A DNA stretch of 22,737 bases from a virus, in IMG/VR virus record IMGVR_UViG_3300024433_002526. One strand, given 5' to 3'. How positions within the stretch are numbered: position 1 is the first letter of the stretch; each line of letters opens with the position of its first letter. The notes under the pieces were generated by a model, which saw nothing but the letters and a program-made list of their open reading frames with translations, was not told the origin of the DNA and did not search any database. Both the position numbers and the translations under genes were made by a program. Of the stretch, positions 6,267-15,149 are shown piece by piece.

Positions 6267-8115
6267 TCTCGTCCTTCGTCTCGTCGATGGTCATCGCCAG
6301 ATCGAGGTGGTCCTCGGTCTTGTACAGCTCTCCGCTGGTGTCCTTGCTCGGAATAGCCGAACCCTCTTCCTCGCCGCCTTCCCTCCCGAACCAGTCCTCA
6401 CGAAGGTCCTTCACGAAGAAGTGCTTCGCATCGGAAGGCTTGACCTTGCGTGACTCCATCATCTGGTTGACCCGGCCGAGCCGCGTGACCAACTCCATGA
6501 GCAATGGCCGTAGCTCGGGCCGGAGCTTCTCGAACTCTGCTCCTGGTGCTCCCGAGGGTCCTTCGGCCGGAGGCGGCGGCGGCGGAGGCAGTCCCGGACC
6601 GGCGGCATTGACATCGCCCGGCGGTGGCATCTCAGGAGGCGGCGCTGGCGGCGCACCAGGCTCGCCACCTTGTTGCTGTGGAGCACCCGGCAGGATCAAC
6701 GCGTCGATCAGCCTGTCGGACAGGTGCCCATACTGCTTGAGCACGTACCTGATCCAGATCTGCATGTCGAAGTTGACCTGTTGTCCGAGGTTGAGCAGGC
6801 GATCGATGATGTCAATGCGGATCTCGATCAGCTGCTGACGGTGCAGCTCTTCGAGGAACGAGACCGGTGCCATAGCCAGGGTGAACTGGTTGTCCGGATC
6901 TCGGGGGTCGATCCCCCTAAACGCCAGGTTCAGCTGGAGGACACGGTGAACACCAAGCAGGAAGTACCGCTGCAGCTTCTGCGGTATGCGGACGTATCGA
7001 CTGTCCTGCTGTGTGAGTCTCCGGCTGGGGTCATACGGTGTCGAGCCCTCGATGTTGTAGCCAAAGAAGCTGGGCGGGATGCGGACCGACGCGTGATACC
7101 GCGCCAGATAGTAGTGCAGGTTCGTAGCTTCATTCGCGTTGCTCGAACCCTTGAGTCGTTCGATCTTCGTCTCGCGTCCCTGCACCTGAGGGACCACGAG
7201 GTCCTCATTCGCCGTCCACGGGTTCCAGTCCTCACGGAGCTGGCCGCTGCTCGGGTCGTAGTACTTCGTCTTCTTGAGCTTCGTCGTGAAGCGCTCGACG
7301 TAGTCCGAGGTCTCCTCGTCAGTGAGGCCAGTGCAGTCGACGTAGTAGACGTCGCGGTCAGCATGGCGCTGAAGGATGTAGACGACGTCGGCGTCTTCGG
7401 CCATGCGCAACCTGCGGTACGGCCTGCGAGATGACACGAGCAACGTGGTGCCGTACATGGCCGAGAGCGATCCAAAGATCCTGAAGTGCACGATCTCCCA
7501 CGGCTGCTTGTTCGGCTCCGAGGAACCACCAGCAGTCTCGCCGAGGTAGAAGCCGAGCAGCGTTCCGGTGTCGTAGTCCTCAAACCTGCGGAACCGCTTC
7601 GGGTGGTGGAAGCGCAGCATGCTAATGCCGGTACCGGGCTCCCAGAAGAGTTCGACAGGGAAGTCGCCATATTTGCCGAGGCCTCTGCCGACCAGTGGCG
7701 CGTACTCTTCGAGCTGAGTGGTCTCGATGCACTCCTCGCAGATCTGGCGGATCTCTTCGTTGCAGTCCTCCACCCAGAGCATGCGGTTCGTTGCCGGGTC
7801 GATCTGGATTGCGTCCTCGGTATACGTGTCGAGCACGGCCGACGGGAGATCGTCCGAGTCCATGACATCGACCTCGTCGTAGATCTCCATCCTCGTCTTG
7901 CCCAGACGCATGCGCTCGCCGTAGAACGAGTACATGTTCTGGCCTTCTTCGCCAGACGCGAGCGACGGCGCGGCAGCCTTCCCCGAGGTGTCCCGTCGTC
8001 GCATGTAGGGTTTGGGCGCTCCATAGAGGACGCCTCGGATGAAGTTGTAGATACGGGTCCCAAAGCCTTGCCTGGGTCGCATCTCTTCGTTGACCACCTG
8101 CGGTGCCTGCGCCAT
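6256..8115 (-). CDS. Portal protein candidate (619 aa) immediately downstream of the large terminase. C-terminal poly-Pro/Gly tract.
   Basis: Position directly after the large terminase (4-nt spacing) and the size fit a portal. The segment RMRLGKTRMEIYDEVDVMDSDDLPSAVLDTYTEDA resembles the ERY.EYeeMD..PEIs.ALDiYAdeA region I recall from T4 gp20-type portals. The tract PGAPPAPPPEMPPPGDVNAAGPGLPPPPPPPAEGPSGAPGAE lies near the C-terminus. Confidence 0.45.
   Translation of the reverse strand: MAQAPQVVNEEMRPRQGFGTRIYNFIRGVLYGAPKPYMRRRDTSGKAAAPSLASGEEGQNMYSFYGERMRLGKTRMEIYDEVDVMDSDDLPSAVLDTYTEDAIQIDPATNRMLWVEDCNEEIRQICEECIETTQLEEYAPLVGRGLGKYGDFPVELFWEPGTGISMLRFHHPKRFRRFEDYDTGTLLGFYLGETAGGSSEPNKQPWEIVHFRIFGSLSAMYGTTLLVSSRRPYRRLRMAEDADVVYILQRHADRDVYYVDCTGLTDEETSDYVERFTTKLKKTKYYDPSSGQLREDWNPWTANEDLVVPQVQGRETKIERLKGSSNANEATNLHYYLARYHASVRIPPSFFGYNIEGSTPYDPSRRLTQQDSRYVRIPQKLQRYFLLGVHRVLQLNLAFRGIDPRDPDNQFTLAMAPVSFLEELHRQQLIEIRIDIIDRLLNLGQQVNFDMQIWIRYVLKQYGHLSDRLIDALILPGAPQQQGGEPGAPPAPPPEMPPPGDVNAAGPGLPPPPPPPAEGPSGAPGAEFEKLRPELRPLLMELVTRLGRVNQMMESRKVKPSDAKHFFVKDLREDWFGREGGEEEGSAIPSKDTSGELYKTEDHLDLAMTIDETKDENES
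6540..6700 (-). repeat. Low-complexity GC-rich tract (ggcggcggcggcggaggc...) encoding the poly-Pro/Gly/Ala segment of the portal candidate.
   Basis: Plus-strand runs of ggcgg/ggagg at ~6560-6660. The encoded peptide is GEPGAPPAPPPEMPPPGDVNAAGPGLPPPPPPPAEGPSGAPG. Confidence 0.5.
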
Positions 8116-8118
8116 CTA

Positions 8119-11100
8119 TCAACCTCCCACCAAAATTGCCGGTGCCTGCGGTAGTCCCCCGACCGGTAGCCGTTGCTGCATCTCCAACTTGTTGGCCCTC
8201 TTCCTCGGTGGGATCAGACCGTAGACTGCCCCACACAGAGCGTCGCTCACGTCCTTGGACCCACTGAGCGGCTTGAAGACCTTCTTCGCCGTTATGTCGT
8301 GCGACAGGTGCCTCAGCTCAGTTTCGAGCGGTTCGTACGGGTACGTTCTGATTATCCCGGACTCGTAGACACCCTTCAAGTTTATATACGGATCATCCGA
8401 TTCGTCGACACTCACAAAATCAGCCTCGATGCCCATCTTGTGGAGCTTCTGTACGAAGTGCCTTGACTGGTACTTGTCCAGGGAGACCATCTGGAACGTG
8501 TAATGGTTCCGGTGGAGGTACTCAACGAATTCGATGATCTTGTCGAAGTCCACTTCGCCCCGGCCGTACGGAGGCGGATCGATCCGGAATGCGAAGTCCA
8601 GGTAGGTGAGCGGCATGCCTCCCTGTGGCGGTGTCCACATGTGCACGCACGCGATTCCCACTGAGCAGCCGGTCACCGCAAGGTCGATATGCATGACGCG
8701 CCCAGCCTCTGGGTGCAGCCTCGGCCGATAGTGGTTGAGGTGTGTCTCGAACATGATGTCCTCGCGCACAGCGTCCTGAATGCGGACAGGCGAGTTCGTC
8801 GAGATCACCATGAACTGGGTCTTGAACGGGTGAACCAAGTTCTCGTCGTAGTTGTTGTATATGACTTCCGGCCTGTGGAACAACCCGCTCGCCGCAACCG
8901 TCGCACGCCCAGCGATATTGCGGATGAAGTCTTCGATGTTGTTTTCGGCGTCGGGCTTGTGCTCCAACGGGGCCGTGATCACATTGGCCTCGTCTACCTG
9001 GTCAGCCTCGTCCTCGCCCTCCACGAGAATACGAGGCTCCGCAGTGTCGTCGCCACAGAAGACCCGGAACGTCCTTCCGCTCTTGTATGTGCCCTCGGGC
9101 TGAACGTCCCATATGGCACGAGAAATTACCGCGACACCGTCCTCGTGGCCGTGCTTCGTAATGTGCTCTTCGAGGAAGTCAGTCTGGGCGCGTCGCTGCG
9201 AGAGCAGGCACATGAAGTATGGCGCGGCCGAGCCAGGGCTGGCTACGAACTGGTTGCGGAGGCGTCCTCGGATCGCGCCGTACAGCTTCTGCGCCTGACC
9301 CAGCGATTCCTCTGCATGCGCCCTGCTTCGGCCCTTAGCCGAGCGCATGAAGTTGACCTCGTCGAGAATACCGCCGATGAATGTTTCACCCAGTGCGTGA
9401 AGCTCGGTGGCGCCCTCAACGATCGACACATGGTCCGGAAGGATCAGCTCCTTGCTGCGCTCGCCACTCAGCCGAGAGAACTTCTCCACGAAGTACGGGC
9501 ACTCGTCGATGATCGCCTGGATACGCGAGTGCATGTCGCCGGTCTTGTACTTGAAGATATTGAAGATGCCGTACCGGATGCTCGATCCACGCATCAGACC
9601 AAAGAATCCCTGTGGGTCCCTCAGCAACGAGAGTAGATAGATCCGGTACCCGGCCATGATCGTAGCCAGGGTGGTGTTATGTGTGACTACACAATGGTCT
9701 GTCAGATAGAGACCACCTGGCGCGGACGTTGAGATGCACTGGGTCTCTTCCGCACCGGAGTATTCAACTGATACAATGGCCCTACTTGGAGCGTATCGAG
9801 CCCTCGGCCTGTAGTGGTTCTTCTTTCTAGTGAGCTGGAATGGGCAGAGCCATGATGGGAGTGCCAGCCTCAGCCTATACCGATCTCGACCGGCCGTAGG
9901 ACCAACAAGATATCTGCAAACACCGCCAAGACTTTCGACCAGGAAACGCACATCGGCAGCAAGACGTGGCGACGCAGTCGAATACTCCAGCTTGTTGTTG
10001 CTGTGCTCAACAGAACCGTTTTCAGTATCCATGAGACCCTGCAACAAATACGCCCGTTGCTGTACGCTGCCATAGAGGTAGTCCTTCGGTACTCGCTTCT
10101 CGTGCGCTGGGTGGCACATGTCGAGTGCCTTGAGGGCTTGCATCAACGGATTAGACTTACCACCGCGCGTGCCAGAGGAGAGCGAGTAAGTGTACCGGCC
10201 TTTGTGGTTTGCCTGAACACCAGGAGGTAAGAGAGCCGCCACCCAATGCAGAAGTTCCCTATCAGAGGTCGTCAATATTGGCGTGTTCTGCGTGAGACCG
10301 CCATTACCGATCAACACACCCGCCAGGTATGGGTGAAGCAGGAGATGTCGTTCCGACCACTGTATCGGGTCAGCCACTGGAACGAACCACTTATTCGAGC
10401 CGTCCCTATAGTGTAGGTCCGACGAAAGCTCCCGAAGAGTCTTCGTTCTCAGGGGTCGCCTATAGTGCTTGTCAGACTTCGTGAAGACAGACCAGAGATG
10501 CTCCGCGCCGCACCGAACCACCTGTCCATCAGAGAACGTCACAGTGTAGACGTCACGAGCACCCTGTGGGTAGACACCGGTCACCGGGTAGAAGTAGCCA
10601 TCCCTGCCAGCTACCAGATCATTGGTAGTGATGTCTCCCATCTTCTTCAGGCCGTCGGAAGTGATCAGTTCTGAGGTCAGTGGTTGGTCTTTGCCCCACC
10701 TTGTGGAGCCCGTGAGGACGACCTCGAAGACTCGGTTCTTCGGGTTGAGCAGCCAGCACGCATCCCGGAAGTTGACTGGGTAGAGACCCTCACCGAAGCG
10801 GCCCGCGTAGTATGGGTCAGTGAGAAACTGGCGTGGTGTGACCGGGATGTCCTTGTAGTCCTGTGTGACAATCCCAGCCGCAGTCTCGCTCCAGCCATCA
10901 AGCATCAGCTCGTCAACGATACGAGGAATCGAGTCGCGGAGGTGCTGGAAGTCTTCTGCCCTGACAAGGTTCGCAACCTCGTCGAAGGATGAATAGACCT
11001 TCAGAATCTCTCTGCGGAGATCCGGGTCGAGACCGGCGACAAACTCGTCGTCACCGTTTATGTGAGCCGTCAGTGCCAGCTGGAGGAGATTTCTCTTCTT

Positions 11101-11136
11101 CCCCACTACCGGCCTGTCGACCTCGGGCCTTAACAT
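8119..11136 (-). CDS. terL: Terminase large subunit (ATPase + RNase H-like nuclease) interrupted by an intein in the Walker A P-loop. 1005-aa precursor.
   Basis: N-extein ends ...VVLTGSTRWGK and the C-extein begins TTLATIMAGYRIY (compare T4 gp17 SRQLGKTTVVAIFLA). Splicing would restore GSTRWGKT. Walker B is GGILDEVNFM. Nuclease motifs are VMHIDLAVTGCS ... SLDKYQSRH. ATG at 11136 is preceded by TGGAG 7 nt upstream. Confidence 0.85.
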   Translation of the reverse strand: MLRPEVDRPVVGKKRNLLQLALTAHINGDDEFVAGLDPDLRREILKVYSSFDEVANLVRAEDFQHLRDSIPRIVDELMLDGWSETAAGIVTQDYKDIPVTPRQFLTDPYYAGRFGEGLYPVNFRDACWLLNPKNRVFEVVLTGSTRWGKDQPLTSELITSDGLKKMGDITTNDLVAGRDGYFYPVTGVYPQGARDVYTVTFSDGQVVRCGAEHLWSVFTKSDKHYRRPLRTKTLRELSSDLHYRDGSNKWFVPVADPIQWSERHLLLHPYLAGVLIGNGGLTQNTPILTTSDRELLHWVAALLPPGVQANHKGRYTYSLSSGTRGGKSNPLMQALKALDMCHPAHEKRVPKDYLYGSVQQRAYLLQGLMDTENGSVEHSNNKLEYSTASPRLAADVRFLVESLGGVCRYLVGPTAGRDRYRLRLALPSWLCPFQLTRKKNHYRPRARYAPSRAIVSVEYSGAEETQCISTSAPGGLYLTDHCVVTHNTTLATIMAGYRIYLLSLLRDPQGFFGLMRGSSIRYGIFNIFKYKTGDMHSRIQAIIDECPYFVEKFSRLSGERSKELILPDHVSIVEGATELHALGETFIGGILDEVNFMRSAKGRSRAHAEESLGQAQKLYGAIRGRLRNQFVASPGSAAPYFMCLLSQRRAQTDFLEEHITKHGHEDGVAVISRAIWDVQPEGTYKSGRTFRVFCGDDTAEPRILVEGEDEADQVDEANVITAPLEHKPDAENNIEDFIRNIAGRATVAASGLFHRPEVIYNNYDENLVHPFKTQFMVISTNSPVRIQDAVREDIMFETHLNHYRPRLHPEAGRVMHIDLAVTGCSVGIACVHMWTPPQGGMPLTYLDFAFRIDPPPYGRGEVDFDKIIEFVEYLHRNHYTFQMVSLDKYQSRHFVQKLHKMGIEADFVSVDESDDPYINLKGVYESGIIRTYPYEPLETELRHLSHDITAKKVFKPLSGSKDVSDALCGAVYGLIPPRKRANKLEMQQRLPVGGLPQAPAILVGG
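9676..10689 (-). mobile_element. Intein (338 aa, residues 150-487 of the terminase precursor) with an embedded LAGLIDADG homing endonuclease. Class-3-like (Trp-Cys-Thr triad) with a non-nucleophilic Asp as residue 1.
   Basis: Block A is DQPLTSELITSDGLKKMGDI, and its DG sits at positions 12-13 as in Sce VMA CFAKGTNVLMADG. Block B is GQVVRCGAEHLW with Trp at B:12. LAGLIDADG motifs are LAGVLIGNGGL (10297..10326) and LLQGLMDTENGS (~10012..10044). Block F has Cys at F:4 (ETQC) and block G is HCVVTHN with Thr at G:5, followed by +1 Thr. I verified the junction codons by hand: K149/D150 at 10692..10687 and H486/N487/T488 at 9681..9673. Confidence 0.7.
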
Positions 11137-11995
11137 TGATCTGCTCCACTGCTACTTCCCGCTCGACCTTCGACGGTATGTCCGGCCCGTTCTCAGGGCC
11201 GCCGGACAGGAATCCCTGCATGGCTTGGGTGAACTCACTGACCGAAGCGGTCAGGTGATGCCTCCGCTGTTCAACCTGCCTCCGCGCCTCGGTGTCGGTG
11301 CTGTCACCAGACTCGATGGTGCCAGCTGCTACGAAACCCATGCGCACGGTACCGCCGTCACCTTTGGGCGGCTTGGGCGTCGCCTTCTCCACAACCTCAG
11401 CAAGTAATCGTATCGCGTTGGTCGCGTCCTTGATGTGGGCATTGGCGTGCCCCATGAAGTCCCACAGATCGTCGTAGTTGAGTTCCGATGCGTCAGCCAG
11501 CTCGAACATCCTGCGTGACGCTACAGCGCTTGCCTCCATGATCGGACCGATCCTGTGCATCTGGTACGTCAGCAGCATATTCGCCGCCGCACGCAGCAAC
11601 GAAGGGTCCGCGCTGTCGATCTCTATCTGCTGGTTACCGTCGAACCAATCAGGCCAGCGTCCGTTCGTCATGCGGTACATGTACGCACGGTAGATCTGAT
11701 CCCCAGTGACCCGCTTATCGAACGGGATGAAGAACGACTGGCCGGGATACATCTTGTCGTACTCACGCAGCGTCGTCTCGTGATCCTCGCTCAGGTGCTT
11801 CTCGAATTCAGCTATGCCGTTGAGGTGTTTGTGGCACAGCCAGCAGGTACGCACACCGAGCTGCTTCAAGATCTTGGCATCGGGCTGCTTCCTCTTCTTC
11901 GCCTTCTGCTCAAACCAAAGCTCACGCCGCGTTGCCGCCTTCTTCTTGGCAGCCTTCTTCTTCTTCTTGGTTGCAGCCTTCTTCATCTTAGCCAT
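11051..11995 (-). CDS. Lys-rich protein with a C2H2-type zinc finger (314 aa). Candidate terminase small subunit by position.
   Basis: MAKMKKAATKKKKKAAKKKAATRR N-terminus. The finger CWLCHKHLNGIAEFEKHLSEDH has C-x2-C-x12-H-x4-H spacing. The gene lies immediately upstream of terL, and its last 28 codons overlap the terL ATG at 11136. Confidence 0.45.
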   Translation of the reverse strand: MAKMKKAATKKKKKAAKKKAATRRELWFEQKAKKRKQPDAKILKQLGVRTCWLCHKHLNGIAEFEKHLSEDHETTLREYDKMYPGQSFFIPFDKRVTGDQIYRAYMYRMTNGRWPDWFDGNQQIEIDSADPSLLRAAANMLLTYQMHRIGPIMEASAVASRRMFELADASELNYDDLWDFMGHANAHIKDATNAIRLLAEVVEKATPKPPKGDGGTVRMGFVAAGTIESGDSTDTEARRQVEQRRHHLTASVSEFTQAMQGFLSGGPENGPDIPSKVEREVAVEQINVKARGRQAGSGEEEKSPPAGTDGSHKR

Positions 11996-12389
11996 CAGAG
12001 CGTGGTCTCAGTTCCATAGCCAGGCTGTCCATGAGGCTCTTCATGTTGATGTAGGTCTGTCGGACTTCGGTCTTGCGCATCCCCAGCCTGGTCGCAACCT
12101 GCTCTACCACCCGCTCGATCTTCTCTTTGTCACCCTCGCAGCTGCCCATTGCCGTGTATACCGACACCTGCTTCAGCTTCGTTACGAGATCACGAACAGA
12201 CGGCACCGCGACTGTGCGACCGGAAAAGATCTCGACAAATTTCAGCGCGTCGTCTCCGAAGATGTCGAAGATCTCCGGCAGCGCGTCGAACGGGCACTCC
12301 AACAACACCGCCGCGTGCAGGGCAGTGACGAACCGCTCCCTGTTGCGGTGGAAGATCTCAAACACCTCGTTTGGTATGTGCATGCCCAT
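11988..12389 (-). CDS. Mor-family-like transcriptional activator candidate (133 aa from MGMHIPNE...).
   Basis: ...FVEIFSGRTVAVPSVRDLVTKLKQVSVYTAMGSCEGDKEKIERVVEQVATRLGMRKTEVRQTYINM parallels the Mu Mor pattern (LGGRSVYIPK ... RDRAIVAEFNG ... LARKYGLSERQIYRIL). ATG at 12389..12387 overlaps the stop of the upstream gene by 1 nt. Confidence 0.45.
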   Translation of the reverse strand: MGMHIPNEVFEIFHRNRERFVTALHAAVLLECPFDALPEIFDIFGDDALKFVEIFSGRTVAVPSVRDLVTKLKQVSVYTAMGSCEGDKEKIERVVEQVATRLGMRKTEVRQTYINMKSLMDSLAMELRPRSDG

Positions 12390-13039
12390 TATGCCACCAA
12401 TGCTTCTGGTCCGTAGGTCACGTCGTAGTAGACCCAACGGTAGAGTATAGTCAGGTAGGTGTACATGAAGCCCGGGTCCCAGTAACCCGTCTCGATGATC
12501 ATCTCTTCTATCGTCCTGGAGTCTGCGTTCCGGCATTCAAGCTCCACGTAGTTACGGCACAGGTCGAAGTCCACGACGTCGAAGCGTGCACGTCCTGCCA
12601 TCTTCTCCGCGATCACATCCTTGTGCCAACCCGCCAGATGCGCGGCCCACAACTTGCCGTGCAGATTCGGCTCCTGCTCGGGCTCGGTGCTCTCGGCGTA
12701 CTTGTCCCGCGAGCGCTCTTCGGCCTGTGTCTTCCGATGGTTGCCGATCAGGAATTGTTGTGTCACAACCCGCACCGACCCCACAAAGAGACTTGGACTG
12801 TCACAAGGGATCTTCCGCTGGGACAGCCTCGACCACAGTTCCAACTGCAGCTCGGCCAGGTGGTCATCGAGATCGAACTCGGAACAGTTGTAGTCCTTAC
12901 CCTTGATGACCGCAGTGACGTAGTGCTTGATCACCGACCAGATCGCAACCCACCGATCCTCGGGCATGCTCGTCTCGTTGCCAGCGGCATACTCACAGTA
13001 CGCGTGGAACGCCGTCATCTTGTAGTCGCTACGCCCCAT
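12389..13039 (-). CDS. Hypothetical protein (216 aa). Weak resemblance to the T4 gp55-type late sigma factor (speculative).
   Basis: Lies between Rad50 and the Mor-like gene. The segment KIPCDSPSLFVGSVRVVTQQFLIGNHRKTQAEERSR vaguely parallels gp55 [24 protein letters not shown]. In T4, gene 55 sits near genes 46/47. Confidence 0.45.
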   Translation of the reverse strand: MGRSDYKMTAFHAYCEYAAGNETSMPEDRWVAIWSVIKHYVTAVIKGKDYNCSEFDLDDHLAELQLELWSRLSQRKIPCDSPSLFVGSVRVVTQQFLIGNHRKTQAEERSRDKYAESTEPEQEPNLHGKLWAAHLAGWHKDVIAEKMAGRARFDVVDFDLCRNYVELECRNADSRTIEEMIIETGYWDPGFMYTYLTILYRWVYYDVTYGPEALVA

Positions 13040-14687
13040 TGAAAACCACCATTGGCTTCGTTGGTTCCGGCTCGTTGTATGCGCCTATCCACGAGCCCTG
13101 GCTCTCGGTGTAATTGACAACGATCTTCCGCCGTACCGGCACCGGGTACTCTCCTTGCGGGCTCATTACGAAGACAGCCGAGCCCTGAGCAGTCGGCAAC
13201 AGATAGTTCTTGTAGAGACGACGCTTTGCCCATGGATCGAGCACGTCGACAACGTCGTCGCAGACTAGGATCGGCACCGGGTTCGGCCAGGTCCCCATAA
13301 GCACCTCACGCAGAGCGGCCTGGATACTCAGGTCGATCTTCCTTCGCTGACCGACCGAGGACTTCTTGTACTGCCCGGCCCGGCTCTGCACAAGCAGGTT
13401 GATCTCGGCCTTGGTCGTGCCCTTCTTCAGCTCGCGATCGGTGCATAGCTGCGCCAGGAACTCGGATTCCCACACATCGTTGCACATCTCGACGAGCTTC
13501 GTGTTCACTGCATCCAGCACCGACCCCATCTTCCGTATTGGGATCTCGGCGAAGGCAGCGTCTAGCAGATCCAACTCAGCAACCTCGCCTGTCGTCTGCG
13601 CCACTGCTGCCTCAACCTGGGCGAGCTGTAGCTCGATCGAGGTAACTTGCTCTGTAGCCGCGTCTACTTGGGCCAGCTCACCAGTAAGCTGCTGCAGCTG
13701 CATGCGGTAGTGCTGGATCTCGGCAAGCAGCTTGTCAGACACAGCTTTCAGATCGGCCAGGGTGCTCGACGCTATGACCCGAGCACACTCAGTGTTCTCG
13801 GCCGTGAGCTTCTTGATCGCGTTCGCCGCTGTCTTCTGGGCAGACTCGATCGCCTGCTTCGAGTAGGGCCTCTTGCAGGTCGGACACGCAGTCATGCTCT
13901 GGAGCGAGGACCTCTGCTGTGCAATCTGGCGCTCAGTATTGTTCTTGTTAGCCATGGCCTGGCCTATGCGAGTCGACTCACCCTGAACCTTTGAGTTGGC
14001 CGCGCCGAGTTGCTGGCTCCTCGCCTGCTCCTGCTGCTGGGCCGTGGTCATCTCCGCCACGATCGTGGCCCTCGGCCTACGCACTTGGGCCTGTGTTGCC
14101 TTGAGCTGCGTCAACTGATTGCGCAGGGTGTTGGCGGACCCTTGTAGCTGCTGCAGCTCGCCAGTGCGCTTCCTGCGCTCCTGGGCAAGCGTAGAGCGAG
14201 CCTGCTTCCAACGTTCGAGCCCGAGCAACTCAGAGAGCTGCTGGGCTCGGTTGCCTGGTGTCCAGGAGGACAGGCGCTCGGCCACCCCCTGGCCAAGGAT
14301 CAACGTCGAGCAGAAGATCTCCTTCGGTGGGAAGACCTGCGCGAGGTACGCTTTGGAATCCGCCAGCGTGCGCGGGCCGCCATCGATCGTGATCTCGTTG
14401 CTGGTACCATCCGCCTTCTGCGACCTCGCGATCGTGACGAATGGAAGCTCCAACTCAACGCGGCACGACTCTGCCCCGTTGTAGCAAACCTCTCGGATGC
14501 CCTCGGTGGTCTCTCCATAGATCACCCATGCTAGAGCGTCAGGCAAGAAGGTGCTCTTGCCTGCACCGTTCGACCGGTCGCCCTCTCCCTCGTAGATGCC
14601 CTCAACTGCAACGAGACCTGCAGTCTCGATCTTGTAAGAGAGTTTTTGGTACGAACGGAAGTTCTCAGCTGTCAGCCTCAGTATCAT
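13029..14687 (-). CDS. sbcC: Rad50/SbcC-like (gp46-like) recombination ATPase with a coiled coil and a CxxC zinc hook.
   Basis: Walker A SNGAGKSTFLPDALAWVIYGE. Long Gln/Ala/Leu-rich coiled coil with central CPTCKRP. Signature motif SVGQRRKIDLSIQAAL. Walker B/D-loop ILVCDDVVDVLD. Confidence 0.8.
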   Translation of the reverse strand: MILRLTAENFRSYQKLSYKIETAGLVAVEGIYEGEGDRSNGAGKSTFLPDALAWVIYGETTEGIREVCYNGAESCRVELELPFVTIARSQKADGTSNEITIDGGPRTLADSKAYLAQVFPPKEIFCSTLILGQGVAERLSSWTPGNRAQQLSELLGLERWKQARSTLAQERRKRTGELQQLQGSANTLRNQLTQLKATQAQVRRPRATIVAEMTTAQQQEQARSQQLGAANSKVQGESTRIGQAMANKNNTERQIAQQRSSLQSMTACPTCKRPYSKQAIESAQKTAANAIKKLTAENTECARVIASSTLADLKAVSDKLLAEIQHYRMQLQQLTGELAQVDAATEQVTSIELQLAQVEAAVAQTTGEVAELDLLDAAFAEIPIRKMGSVLDAVNTKLVEMCNDVWESEFLAQLCTDRELKKGTTKAEINLLVQSRAGQYKKSSVGQRRKIDLSIQAALREVLMGTWPNPVPILVCDDVVDVLDPWAKRRLYKNYLLPTAQGSAVFVMSPQGEYPVPVRRKIVVNYTESQGSWIGAYNEPEPTKPMVVFNGA

Positions 14688-14693
14688 CGGGCA

Positions 14694-15149
14694 CTACCCG
14701 CCTGCTCTTGGAGCTTCGTTCTTGGGGCGCCAGAAGGTCACGTTCCCCGGTAAGTGCTTCACGACTTGAAGAACATGTGCGTCAGCGATCCGGTGACGCC
14801 CAGGGAACTCGACGTTGAACGCTGTCCTCGGGTCGTCTTCCGCCATCACTTGCAGCGACTCGACTGCCGCCTGGAGTACGGACATCGTGTGCGATTGCAT
14901 CATCCCAAACCAGCACATCAGTGAGGCACCGCCGCGTGCGAACTGCTCCCGGAGATGTTCCGGGTCGAAAAGGAGCAGGTTGTACGGCTCCTTCTCCTGG
15001 CGGAGTTTCTCAGCCACGCGGCGAGCGATCGGCTGCAAGACGAGGTACCTGATCACGCTGCCAACAGGGTCGACGATGAACGCCGTGCCCGGCCGGTTCC
15101 ACTGAGAAGTCATGTCACCGTACTTGAACGTTGGGTTCCTCATGTTCAT
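14694..15149 (-). CDS. Hypothetical protein (151 aa) inserted between the Mre11-like and Rad50-like genes.
   Basis: ORF in the array with 6-nt spacing to the Rad50 start. No motif recognised. Confidence 0.45.
   Translation of the reverse strand: MNMRNPTFKYGDMTSQWNRPGTAFIVDPVGSVIRYLVLQPIARRVAEKLRQEKEPYNLLLFDPEHLREQFARGGASLMCWFGMMQSHTMSVLQAAVESLQVMAEDDPRTAFNVEFPGRHRIADAHVLQVVKHLPGNVTFWRPKNEAPRAGG

Noticed and set aside
6930-8063. A 377-aa minus-strand ORF in an alternative frame inside the portal-candidate gene.
   Set aside because: Its Ser/Thr/Arg-rich product is typical of an off-frame reading of GC-rich coding DNA. The overlapping 619-aa frame has protein-like composition.
10672-10677. The intein beginning at Ser155 (SELITSDG...), which would give a conventional Ser nucleophile.
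   Set aside because: It puts the block A DG motif at positions 7-8 instead of 12-13, and it leaves a non-canonical spliced P-loop (GKDQPLTT). Starting at Asp150 gives canonical block spacing and restores GSTRWGKT. This remains a hypothesis.
8119-11136. Reading the 1005-aa ORF as a natural fusion of a terminase with a separate nuclease/HNH-type domain.
   Set aside because: The insert separates GK from T of a Walker A motif, carries two LAGLIDADG motifs and ends in HN followed by Thr. Those are the hallmarks of an intein rather than a fused domain.
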